Under the pieces are notes generated by a model. It saw nothing but the letters and a program-made list of their open reading frames with translations, did no database searches and was not told the DNA's origin. The position numbers and the translations under genes are program-made. From the NCBI GenBank assembly GCA_937924975.1, contig CALEYG010000022.1, positions 11-64,010 on the forward strand: a stretch of 64,000 nt of DNA, in the 5' to 3' direction. Positions 16,411 through 25,025 of the stretch are shown here, in pieces (positions within the stretch are counted from its first letter, which is position 1; every line of letters begins with the position of its first letter). Source of the DNA: an uncultured Stomatobaculum sp. Lineage in GTDB: Bacteria; Bacillota; Clostridia; Lachnospirales; Lachnospiraceae.

Positions 16411-17799
16411 TCAGAACTTGAGCTCGCCGCTCAAATCCCCCTTCTGCTGCACCGCCGTCAGCTGCCCTTCCGCAACGCCCTCGGTCTTCTCTTTCATAAA
16501 GAGTATCTTCGGCGTCATGAAAATGAGCTTTAAATCGAGAAAAATCGAATAGTTGCGAATATAAATCAGATCGAGCTTTAACTTGTCATAGGGCGTCGTA
16601 TTGTAAACGCCGTAAATCTGCGCATAGCCCGTGAGACCAGCCTTGACTTTGAGACGATAGTCGAATTCCGGAATTTCTTTCTTGTACTCAGCTGCGATTT
16701 CCGGCCGCTCGGGACGCGGTCCGACCATGCTCATATCGCCCTTTAGGATATTCAGCACCTGCGGGAGCTCGTCGAGCCGGGTCGCGCGGAGCACTTTGCC
16801 GACCCTCGTAATCCGGTCGTCGGCCTGCGCCGCGAGGCGCGCCACGCCGTCGGCCTCGGCATTGACCCGCATCGTGCGGAATTTCAGAATGTCGAAGGTC
16901 TTGCCATCCTTGGTCAGACGGCACTGCTTATAAAAAACCGGGCCTCTGTCCTCTAAACGAACCGCAATCGCAAAGAGCAAGAAGAGCGGCAGGCTCAGAA
17001 TAAGCAGCGCGCCCGCACTCAGAATGTCGAGCACGCGCTTACAGAAGAGCTGATCGACCTGCAGGCCGTCGTTCCGGGAGAGTAAGAGCACGGTGTCAAA
17101 GAGCTTTAACTCGTCCGAACTCCGGATCAGCACATCGCTGATTTTCGGAATCATGTAGACGCGCTTATCCATCTCATAGCAGCGCTTGAAAATCAGGTTC
17201 CGATCGTGGCTTCCGAGGTCGCCTATGATCACACCGCCATACTTCGGTACTTCTTCCATGATGCGCTCTATGCCCTCGTCAATCCGGATTGCGGCGGTCA
17301 GCACATACTTGTCGTCCCGCGAGTTCATCTTCTCGAGCACATGGGCGACCGAGCGCTTGCCGTAAATCAGCAGGAGCTGCCGCGGCGGGAAGAGCAGGTT
17401 ATATGTCCACTGGAAAATGCTCGCCCAGAAAAAGACAAGCATCATATCCGCTGCGGTCAGCAAAAGAAACGGCAACGGCACATACCAGTGGCGCTCCACG
17501 AGCGCGAGCAGGAGGTAGCCGAAAACATTCGTCGCGAGAATGGCGAGAAACTGCGAGTAGATGATGTTATTCTTCCGGAAAAAGCCGATTTTCAGGCCGC
17601 CGTAGAGATTGTGAAAGACAAAGAGCAGGGTGCCGTAGAGACCGGTCATGAACCAGTTGCCCCGGCGCCAGAACGGCATGGTAATCACGCGGTTATAGTA
17701 GTGTGTCCAGAGCAGGTAATAGAGCCCGATCTCGACAAAGAGTATCACCGCCGCCGCGCCGAACTTAATGAGGCGCTTATAGCGTTCCATCTGTTCCAT
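16411..17799 (-). CDS. Initiating polyprenyl-phosphate hexose-1-phosphate transferase (WbaP/WsaP/EpsE-type bacterial sugar transferase)
   Basis: N-terminal TM block followed by the C-terminal catalytic domain 'LPQVLNILKGDMSMVGPRPERPE...GLTGYAQI'. I chose ATG 17799 ('MEQMERYK'), which has a GGAG RBS and follows the upstream stop at 17804. Confidence 0.85.
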   Translation of the reverse strand: MEQMERYKRLIKFGAAAVILFVEIGLYYLLWTHYYNRVITMPFWRRGNWFMTGLYGTLLFVFHNLYGGLKIGFFRKNNIIYSQFLAILATNVFGYLLLALVERHWYVPLPFLLLTAADMMLVFFWASIFQWTYNLLFPPRQLLLIYGKRSVAHVLEKMNSRDDKYVLTAAIRIDEGIERIMEEVPKYGGVIIGDLGSHDRNLIFKRCYEMDKRVYMIPKISDVLIRSSDELKLFDTVLLLSRNDGLQVDQLFCKRVLDILSAGALLILSLPLFLLFAIAVRLEDRGPVFYKQCRLTKDGKTFDILKFRTMRVNAEADGVARLAAQADDRITRVGKVLRATRLDELPQVLNILKGDMSMVGPRPERPEIAAEYKKEIPEFDYRLKVKAGLTGYAQIYGVYNTTPYDKLKLDLIYIRNYSIFLDLKLIFMTPKILFMKEKTEGVAEGQLTAVQQKGDLSGELKF

Positions 17800-17803
17800 A
17801 CTG

Positions 17804-19477
17804 TCACTCCGCCGCTCTCGCGACCGCAAGAAGCGCCCAGAGAACCGGGGCCGCGACCGGAACATTGATATTGACGATAGCCTGGAAGGCATAGCAAATC
17901 ACCGCAATGCCGAGCGCGTTGAGATAGGCGCTGTACACCCGCGGAAGGCTCCCGTCCTGTCTCTCCCGCAGCGCTCTCGCCTTCGAAAAAGCGGCTCTCA
18001 CGCTGAACACGAGGATACCGAGGTGCGCAAGCAGACCGAACGGTCCCACGGTGAAGAGATATTGCAGGTACTCGTTGTGGGCGGCGTCGTAGAACTGCCC
18101 GGTGATCTGATTCATCTCGTTCCAGCGATTCGTGACCATGTAGCCGACATAGGTGTCGGGGCCGCTGCCGAAGATGCGGTTCAAGAGGGGGAGCTTGCTG
18201 TACTCGTCAAGCGTCGCGCGCCACACATAGCCGCGGAAGGTGCCCCATTCATTCCGGAATTTCAGATAATCGCCGAGCATTCCGAACTTCGCGTGCACGG
18301 TCTCATAGGGCAGGCTGTTCGCATAGACAAAGAGGCCGATCAGCGCGAGGAGCGCGAGGATCAAAAATGCCGCGTAGCCGCGAAGCCAAAGCGCCGCGTG
18401 CGGGCTCCGCACAGCCTCTTTGCCCTTCTCGCGGTACAGAAGTACCAGCGCGAGTAGACCGAGCACGGCGCCGATGACCGGCAGCCCCGGCAGTTTCCCG
18501 ATGACGAGGAACAGACCGTAGATCGGAATCACCTTGCCCACCTTCGCGATGCTGACTCCGGTCAGATAGTCGATGACCAGCAACATGGTTGCAAACAGCA
18601 GAAGGTAGCGCGCTCTTCCCTTCCGGCTCCGGAAGGCGACAAAGGGCAGTGCCCCGAAAAAGCCCGCAAGACTCAAGTAGCCATTGTCCGAGGCGCCGGT
18701 AATCAACGCGAGCATCGCAATCAGATAGACCAGGTAGTAGAATACGAGGCGTCCGGTCTTCTCTTCACTCAATGCAAACAGCGCGCCCGAAACACCGACG
18801 ACAAGTCCGACATAAGTCGTATAGGTGTTCACATTGCCGAAGGTCGACATGAACATCGCATACTGCTCCGGCAGCATCTCGGTGCGGAAGCCGAGCAGGT
18901 CCATGTTGTAGAAATCCGTATAGCCGAGCAGGCAGACCAGAAGCCCCACCGCGAGAAATACGGTCAGGTACTTTCCGGAAAAGCGCAGATTCCGGCTCAC
19001 GATAAAATAGACCGCCGTGATTAACGCGATGTAAAAGAGACCCACAAAGCGGCCGTCAAGCCCGGTCAGTGCCTGGAACCAGAACTTGCCGGAGAGCAAG
19101 GTCGCAATCAGCGCAATGCCGAAAAAGGCGAGCACCGAAAGATCGGCCCGGTTTAAATCCTCCCGGCTGCCGAGCGGCCGGAATTTCCGGCCGCCGTCCA
19201 GATAGACGATGCCCATGCCGACCGAGAGCAGCAGCGCCAGGACAATGAACGTCACATCCTTGGTCTGCAGAATGTTGAAGTAGTGGTCGGTAAAAATCAG
19301 CGGAAAGAGCGCGAACATGAGCATGACCCATGCGCCCGCAAGCCAAGAAGCCCGACTGTCCTCCGCTTCGCCCGGCTGCTCCCGCTTTGCCGCAACCTTC
19401 TTTTCCGCCCGCAGCGCATTGCTGTCCGCTTCCCGCAATCCCCCCGCACTGCCTGTATTTTTCTTTCTCTTACCCAT
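17804..19477 (-). CDS. O-antigen ligase family (Wzy_C) polytopic membrane protein; candidate glycan ligase / O-oligosaccharyltransferase
   Basis: 557 aa with at least 10 TM segments. A periplasmic-loop motif, 'YDAAHNEYLQYLFTVGPFGLL', is typical of the Wzy_C domain. AAGGAGAA RBS. Confidence 0.75.
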   Translation of the reverse strand: MGKRKKNTGSAGGLREADSNALRAEKKVAAKREQPGEAEDSRASWLAGAWVMLMFALFPLIFTDHYFNILQTKDVTFIVLALLLSVGMGIVYLDGGRKFRPLGSREDLNRADLSVLAFFGIALIATLLSGKFWFQALTGLDGRFVGLFYIALITAVYFIVSRNLRFSGKYLTVFLAVGLLVCLLGYTDFYNMDLLGFRTEMLPEQYAMFMSTFGNVNTYTTYVGLVVGVSGALFALSEEKTGRLVFYYLVYLIAMLALITGASDNGYLSLAGFFGALPFVAFRSRKGRARYLLLFATMLLVIDYLTGVSIAKVGKVIPIYGLFLVIGKLPGLPVIGAVLGLLALVLLYREKGKEAVRSPHAALWLRGYAAFLILALLALIGLFVYANSLPYETVHAKFGMLGDYLKFRNEWGTFRGYVWRATLDEYSKLPLLNRIFGSGPDTYVGYMVTNRWNEMNQITGQFYDAAHNEYLQYLFTVGPFGLLAHLGILVFSVRAAFSKARALRERQDGSLPRVYSAYLNALGIAVICYAFQAIVNINVPVAAPVLWALLAVARAAE

Positions 19478-19492
19478 GTTTCTCCTTTTTGC

Positions 19493-21730
19493 TCAGAGTA
19501 ACGGCGTGAAGCCTCTCTCCTCCTGCTTTCCGCGCTGCTTTTCTTCGAGGTGCGCGACCGCGGCTGCGGCCGTCGCTTCCTCGGCAAACACTTCCTGCGA
19601 GTTGAGCGGCGCTCTGCCGCGGCGGTTTTCCTTCTCGTAGCTGCCGTCCGGGCGGTAAATACTTGCCTTCACATTGTCGCGGAGTTCGGTCTCCAGATAG
19701 TGCTGTACTTCCTGTCGGATTGCGCTGTCCGTGACCGGGAACACAATCTCAACGCGGTTGTCGAGGTTCCGGCTCATCCAGTCGGCCGAGCCGAGATACA
19801 GTGTCTCCTCGCCGTCCGCATAGAAGCGGAAGATGCGCGCGTGCTCGAGAAAATTGCCGACAATCGAGCGCACACGGATGTTCTCCGAGATGCCCGGTAT
19901 GCCGACCCGGAGGCAGCAGATACCGCGGACAATGAGATCGATCTGCACGCCGTCCATACTCGCGCGGTACAGCTCCCGTATCATATCGGGATCCGAGAGC
20001 GAGTTCATCTTCGCCATGATGAAAGCGGGTTTTCCGGCGCGCGCCGCCGCGCGCACCCGCTCGATTTCGCGGACAAAGCGCTCGCGCATCCAGAGCGGCG
20101 CGACAATGAGCCGGTTCCAGAACAGCGGCTCCGAGTAGCCTGAGAGCATGTTAAAGACAGCGGTCGCGTCCTCGCCGAACTCACGCTTACAGGTGAGTAA
20201 CCCCAAATCCGTGTAGAGCTTTGCGGTCGAGTCGTTGTAGTTCCCTGTGCCGAGGTGCACATAGCGGCGTATGCCGTCCTCCTCGGAGCGGACAATCAGT
20301 GTGATTTTCGAGTGCGTCTTTAGGCCGAGCAGACCGTAAATGACATGGCAGCCCGCCTTCTCGAGCATCTTTGCCCAGACAATATTATTCTCCTCGTCAA
20401 AGCGCGCCTTTAATTCAACCAGTACCGTGACCTGCTTGCCGTTATCCGCCGCCTTCGCGAGCGCCTGGACTATGGGCGAATTGCCGCTCACGCGGTACAG
20501 GGTCTGCTTGATGGCGAGCACATCCGGGTCCTTTGCCGCTTCCTGAATGAAGTTCACGACCGGGTCAAAGGACTGATAGGGGTGACTTAAGAGAATATCG
20601 CCCTCGCGGATGTTTGCGAAAATGCTCTTTTCGTTCACAAGCGCCGGCACCGGCTGCGGGACATGTTTCGGAAGTTTCAGGCGATCAAAGCCGCCGACGC
20701 CATAGAGCTTCATGAGCACCGTCAGGTCGAGCGGGCCGTTGATAAAAAAGAGGTCCTCCGACTCAATCTCGAGCTCATCCTGCAATATTTTCAGGAGTTC
20801 TTCGTCCATGCCCTCTTCGACTTCGAGGCGGATGGCCTCGCCCCACTGCCGCCGCTTCAACTTCTTCTGAATTTCAACCAGAAGGTCGGCTGCCTCTTCC
20901 TCGTCCAGCTCAAACTCCGCGTTCCGCATGATGCGGAACGGATGCGCCGCGAGGATGTCGTAGTTTAAGAAAAGAGAGCTTATGTTCCGCTCGATGATTT
21001 CCTCGAGCAAAATAAAGGTCTTTTCTCCCGCCGGCCTACCTGTGACTTCGGGCGGCAGTTCCACGAGGCGCGGAAGCACCGACGGCACCTGCACAATGGC
21101 AAAGTCCGGGCGCTGGCCGCCTTTTTTCTTCTTCTCCTCGATGCGGATTAAGGGCTTTACATGCTCTTTTTTCCGGATGCGCGCCGCGATATTCAAGGTC
21201 TTATTCCGAATCAGCGGGAAAGGTCTCGAAGAGTCCACCGCCATCGGGGTGAGCACCGGGTAGATGGTGTCCTTAAAATAGCGGTCCACAAAGATCCGCT
21301 CTTTTTCCCCGAGTTCCTCGTGGCGGGCAATCAGATGCACCCCCTCCTTCTCGAGCGCCGGCAGCAGACTCCGCTTCAGGCTGTGATACTGCAGTTCGAC
21401 CATCTCATGGGTCTCTTTGGAGATTTTCTTCAGCTGCTCCGCCGCCGTGAGCCCCGCGATGTCCCGCTTCGTGAAGTCTGCGAGCACCTGGTCCTTCAGG
21501 GAGGCCACGCGGACCATGAAGAACTCGTCCAGGTTGGAACTCACAATGCTCAGGAATTTGAGCCGCTCAAAGAGCGGAATGGTTTTATCGCGCGCCTCAT
21601 TCAGAACGCGGAGATTGAACTGGAGCCACGAGAGTTCGCGGCACACATAGTAGTCGGGATTTGCGAGGTTCAGAGTCTTCTCCTGCCGCTGTCCCTGCTT
21701 TTTATTTTTCTTCTCGTTTTCTCTCTTCAT
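19493..21730 (-). CDS. ppk1: Polyphosphate kinase 1
   Basis: 'CRELSWLQFNLRVLNEA' N-domain and the PLD-like 'LKTHSKITLIVR'. ATG 21730 forms an ATGA overlap with the ppx stop. Confidence 0.9.
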   Translation of the reverse strand: MKRENEKKNKKQGQRQEKTLNLANPDYYVCRELSWLQFNLRVLNEARDKTIPLFERLKFLSIVSSNLDEFFMVRVASLKDQVLADFTKRDIAGLTAAEQLKKISKETHEMVELQYHSLKRSLLPALEKEGVHLIARHEELGEKERIFVDRYFKDTIYPVLTPMAVDSSRPFPLIRNKTLNIAARIRKKEHVKPLIRIEEKKKKGGQRPDFAIVQVPSVLPRLVELPPEVTGRPAGEKTFILLEEIIERNISSLFLNYDILAAHPFRIMRNAEFELDEEEAADLLVEIQKKLKRRQWGEAIRLEVEEGMDEELLKILQDELEIESEDLFFINGPLDLTVLMKLYGVGGFDRLKLPKHVPQPVPALVNEKSIFANIREGDILLSHPYQSFDPVVNFIQEAAKDPDVLAIKQTLYRVSGNSPIVQALAKAADNGKQVTVLVELKARFDEENNIVWAKMLEKAGCHVIYGLLGLKTHSKITLIVRSEEDGIRRYVHLGTGNYNDSTAKLYTDLGLLTCKREFGEDATAVFNMLSGYSEPLFWNRLIVAPLWMRERFVREIERVRAAARAGKPAFIMAKMNSLSDPDMIRELYRASMDGVQIDLIVRGICCLRVGIPGISENIRVRSIVGNFLEHARIFRFYADGEETLYLGSADWMSRNLDNRVEIVFPVTDSAIRQEVQHYLETELRDNVKASIYRPDGSYEKENRRGRAPLNSQEVFAEEATAAAAVAHLEEKQRGKQEERGFTPLL

Positions 21731-23268
21731 ACGACGCCGCTCCCAAGGCTTCTTCTCTGCCGGAATACCGGGCTGATGCCGAACACATTGCTGAACGAGG
21801 GGATACACTGTCCGAAACTCAGGCACTCCAGGGTCATGTCACCGCCGAAATCGGTCGCAACCAGCAGACTGCCGTCCTCCCGGAGGCGGATACGGTAGGC
21901 GCCCGCCTTCTGCTTGGCCGAGCGGTCCATTGCGTTCGCGAGCCGTATCACGGCCGCAAATTTGGCCGCCTTGAGCGGAATGTTGCGCCGCCCGAAGACA
22001 TCGTCCTCATTTCGAAGAATCTGTACAATCAGCGCGTGTTCCTCGGTCGAAAGTCCCACAATCTCGGTCGCGCGGATAATGTCGCCGCTCGACTCGCTCG
22101 CATTGCCCATGTTCAGGAAGCGCCCGCAGTGATGCAAGGTCGCCGCAATCTCGAGGAGCAGGCGGTCGCGCGCCGTGAAGCCCTGCGCCTTTTTCAATGC
22201 GTCGAAAATCTGCAGGGCGCAGCCGACCGTGTAGCGGCGGTGCACCGTTCGCTCGCCGTAGCGCGTCGCGAGTTCCTGCACAGCCGCCAGAATATCCGCG
22301 TCAAAGTCGTGCGTGCGCCGCACCAGCTGCTTTTCAAAGGCGTAGTCCGCCGCGACACCGTCAATCAGACGGGTACCGGGGAACCAGACCTTCTCCGCGC
22401 CGACGGTCTCCGCCATGCGCTGGTAGAGCACCGCTGCCGGCAGCAGGACACCCGTGGTCGCCGGATTTAAGTCGAGCGTCTCCTCGAGCTCGGCCTCGGT
22501 GCGCGCAATCACGTACTGGTAGAGTCCCTTCATCCTGTCAATGTCGGCAAAGCTCTCCTCTTCCGGATTCAGCTGCTGCGCGCGCATAATCTTGTCATAG
22601 AGCACGCGAATCGGGTCGCCGATTGCAATCAAGTGTCTCACACGGCGCCCGCAAAGATGCAGGTGCTCGTAGATGTCCAGTTCGTGGGCCACGGTCTCCT
22701 GCAGAATGCGTTCTCTGTCATCCCGCGCGGAGTTTAGCTGCTGCAGCGTGTCGCGGAGCCGGAGCGCGCCGAGCCGCAAATTCTGTGTGCTCTGCATTTT
22801 TCCGGCCTCATAGAGATTCACCTGCATGGAGCCGAAGCCGACTTCCACAACGGCGGCTCCCTCATTCGCAAGCGCGTCAAAGCGCTCGCCGCAGGCAGCG
22901 AGCGCCTTCAGTACCAGCATGCGCTGTTCGGCATTCGAGAGAATCTGTACCGATAGCCCTGTCCTGGTTTTAATCTGATCCAGCACAATCGCGCTGTTCG
23001 TCGCCTCGCGCATCGCGGACGTCGCGATGGCGCGGTACGCCTCACAGCGATATTCCGCGATGATGCGGGTAAAGTCCTTTAAAACGGTGATCAGTTCCTG
23101 TACGAGCGGAAAGCTGATCTCGCCGTTCCGGTAGGTGTCGGAGCCGAGCGCAATGACATGACGCACATTGTCCACGAGGCGAATGCCGCCGCCCTTGCTG
23201 AGCTCATAGATACCCAGTTCGATTTCAAATGACCCTACGTCAATCGAAGCAAAGCGTTTTAACGCCAT
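21727..23268 (-). CDS. ppx: Exopolyphosphatase / Ppx-GppA family phosphatase with C-terminal HD-like region
   Basis: 'FASIDVGSFEIELGIYE' ASKHA N-terminus. Operon partner of ppk1. ATG 23268 is preceded by AGGAGG. Confidence 0.8.
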   Translation of the reverse strand: MALKRFASIDVGSFEIELGIYELSKGGGIRLVDNVRHVIALGSDTYRNGEISFPLVQELITVLKDFTRIIAEYRCEAYRAIATSAMREATNSAIVLDQIKTRTGLSVQILSNAEQRMLVLKALAACGERFDALANEGAAVVEVGFGSMQVNLYEAGKMQSTQNLRLGALRLRDTLQQLNSARDDRERILQETVAHELDIYEHLHLCGRRVRHLIAIGDPIRVLYDKIMRAQQLNPEEESFADIDRMKGLYQYVIARTEAELEETLDLNPATTGVLLPAAVLYQRMAETVGAEKVWFPGTRLIDGVAADYAFEKQLVRRTHDFDADILAAVQELATRYGERTVHRRYTVGCALQIFDALKKAQGFTARDRLLLEIAATLHHCGRFLNMGNASESSGDIIRATEIVGLSTEEHALIVQILRNEDDVFGRRNIPLKAAKFAAVIRLANAMDRSAKQKAGAYRIRLREDGSLLVATDFGGDMTLECLSFGQCIPSFSNVFGISPVFRQRRSLGSGVV

Positions 23269-23276
23269 AGTTCCTC

Positions 23277-24137
23277 CTAGAAGCAACCCAAAATACGCAA
23301 ACTCGTGCTGAGGCGCTCCACTTCCCGGAGCGCGCGCTGCACCGTACCTTCTTCCGGATTTCCCGCAAAATCGAGAAAAAAGCGGTACGCCCAGCTGACT
23401 TCCGGCACGGGGCGCGCCGCGAGACGGAGCAGATTGATGCCCTCCGCATAAAGCGCGCCGAGCACATGGTAGAGCGCGCCCGCCTCGTGGCGGGTCTCCA
23501 TCATGAGACTCACGGTCTTTGCGCCACGCAAGTATACCTTTTCTTTTCCGACAATTAAAAAGCGGGTTGTATTCTCCGCGCGGTAGTTCAAAGTCGGAAT
23601 CAGCACCTTGAGGCCGTAAATTTGTCCCGCATAGGCGGAGGCAATCGCCGCGGCACTTCTTTTTCCCATCGCCTGCACCAGCTGGGCGGCGACGGCGGTA
23701 TTCGAGACCGCGACCGCCTCAATCTCCGGGTGCTCCTCAAAAAACGGCGCACACTGCTTGATGCCCTGTGGGTGCGAGTAGACGGTCCGGATGTCCGCGA
23801 GTTCGGCGTCGCCGCACGCGAGCAGTGCGTGCCGAACCGGCAGCAGATACTCGCCGACCACCGAGACCTCGCGCTTTGCGAGCGCGTCGTAGCTGTCCGC
23901 GACACTGCCCGCTGTCGAGTTCTCGATCGGTAGCACAGCATAGTCGCCCGTGCCTTCATCGACCGCGCGCACCGCCGCATCAAAGGTCTTCACATGCGAA
24001 AAGCTCGCCTCCGGATAGTTCGCAAAAAATCGCACGGCCGCGAGATTGCTGTAAGCCCCCTCGAGACCTTGGTAGACAATGCGCTCTGCGTGCGGCAGGC
24101 GGTCACAGCACTCGTAACCGAAAGTATCTTGACTCAT
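23277..24137 (-). CDS. pheA: Prephenate dehydratase with ACT domain
   Basis: 'IVYQGLEGAYSNLA', 'ENTTRFLIVG' and a C-terminal ACT-like segment. Confidence 0.85.
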   Translation of the reverse strand: MSQDTFGYECCDRLPHAERIVYQGLEGAYSNLAAVRFFANYPEASFSHVKTFDAAVRAVDEGTGDYAVLPIENSTAGSVADSYDALAKREVSVVGEYLLPVRHALLACGDAELADIRTVYSHPQGIKQCAPFFEEHPEIEAVAVSNTAVAAQLVQAMGKRSAAAIASAYAGQIYGLKVLIPTLNYRAENTTRFLIVGKEKVYLRGAKTVSLMMETRHEAGALYHVLGALYAEGINLLRLAARPVPEVSWAYRFFLDFAGNPEEGTVQRALREVERLSTSLRILGCF

Positions 24138-24889
24138 GCGCGGCGCCGCTCTTCTTCGACCAGCATCTCGTGAATCCGCGCCGCCGTGTACTCGCTGACC
24201 TTTTTCTTCATCTCCTGCGGCAGTTCGGACGCGCGGAAGGGTTTGCCGAATTCAATCGTGATGTCGGTCGGTCGGACTGCCGGAAACTGATTCTCCCAGA
24301 GCACATCGGTGCCGTAGATTGCGACCGGCACAATATACGCATTCGCGCGCTCGGCAATTTTAAAGCTACCCGCGTGAAAGGGGCTCAGTGCGGTTTGATC
24401 CGAATTCTTCGCGCGGCTGCCCTCCGGGAATACCCAGATCGAGATCCCGTTTTTCACGAGTTCCGTGCAGGTCTTGATGGTCTCCATGCCCTTCCGGATG
24501 TCCTTCCGGTCGAGAAACTGGCAATGCAGAAGCTGCATCCAGCGGCGAAGCGACGGCACCTTATAGAGCCCGTCCTTCGCAAGGAAACCGGTCTGCACCG
24601 GGAGAATCGGATAGGTGCAAATGATATCAAAATAACTTCTGTGGTTGCCCATAAAGACAACGCCCTCGTCCCGGGGTATATTCTCGAGTCCCAGGACGGT
24701 CAGTTTCTTCCCGCCGAGTGCGGTCCGCGTGATGATGCCGAGTATCCAGGCGACATACCACTGCGCGCGCTCCGAGACGCGATGCGGGTTGAACAGCTGA
24801 TAAACCCAGAGCACCAGGAGCACCGGGAGACCCAGAACCAGAAATAAAAAAATCTCTAAGAAACAAAAAACGGCGCGAATCATACGCAC
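24134..24889 (-). CDS. plsC: 1-acyl-sn-glycerol-3-phosphate acyltransferase
   Basis: 'GNHRSYFD' (HX4D) and 'VFPEGSR' motifs, plus an N-terminal TM helix. Confidence 0.85.
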   Translation of the reverse strand: MRMIRAVFCFLEIFLFLVLGLPVLLVLWVYQLFNPHRVSERAQWYVAWILGIITRTALGGKKLTVLGLENIPRDEGVVFMGNHRSYFDIICTYPILPVQTGFLAKDGLYKVPSLRRWMQLLHCQFLDRKDIRKGMETIKTCTELVKNGISIWVFPEGSRAKNSDQTALSPFHAGSFKIAERANAYIVPVAIYGTDVLWENQFPAVRPTDITIEFGKPFRASELPQEMKKKVSEYTAARIHEMLVEEERRRA

Positions 24890-24966
24890 TTCCTTCCCAC
24901 GGCGATTGTATTTTTATCTATTTTACCACAATGTCAGGAAATTGACGAGACAGCCTCTCCGGACAC

Positions 24967-24999
24967 AAAAATAAGCCCCGGTTTCCCGGAGCTTATTTT
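24967..24999 (-). terminator. Intrinsic terminator after clpB
   Basis: Minus-strand stem AAUAAGCUCCGG-gaaa-CCGGGGCUUAUU followed by UUUUGU. It lies 27 nt after the clpB stop. Confidence 0.65.
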
Positions 25000-25025
25000 G
25001 ATACCGATTTCGCCGATCCTGTCTT

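Noticed and set aside
19493-23268. ppk1-ppx plus the Na/Pi-PhoU gene (48323-49987), considered as a specialised phosphate island.
   Set aside because: ppk1-ppx is a standard operon, and the transporter is 25 kb away among unrelated housekeeping genes. I identified no Pho-box motifs, so this is treated as ordinary.
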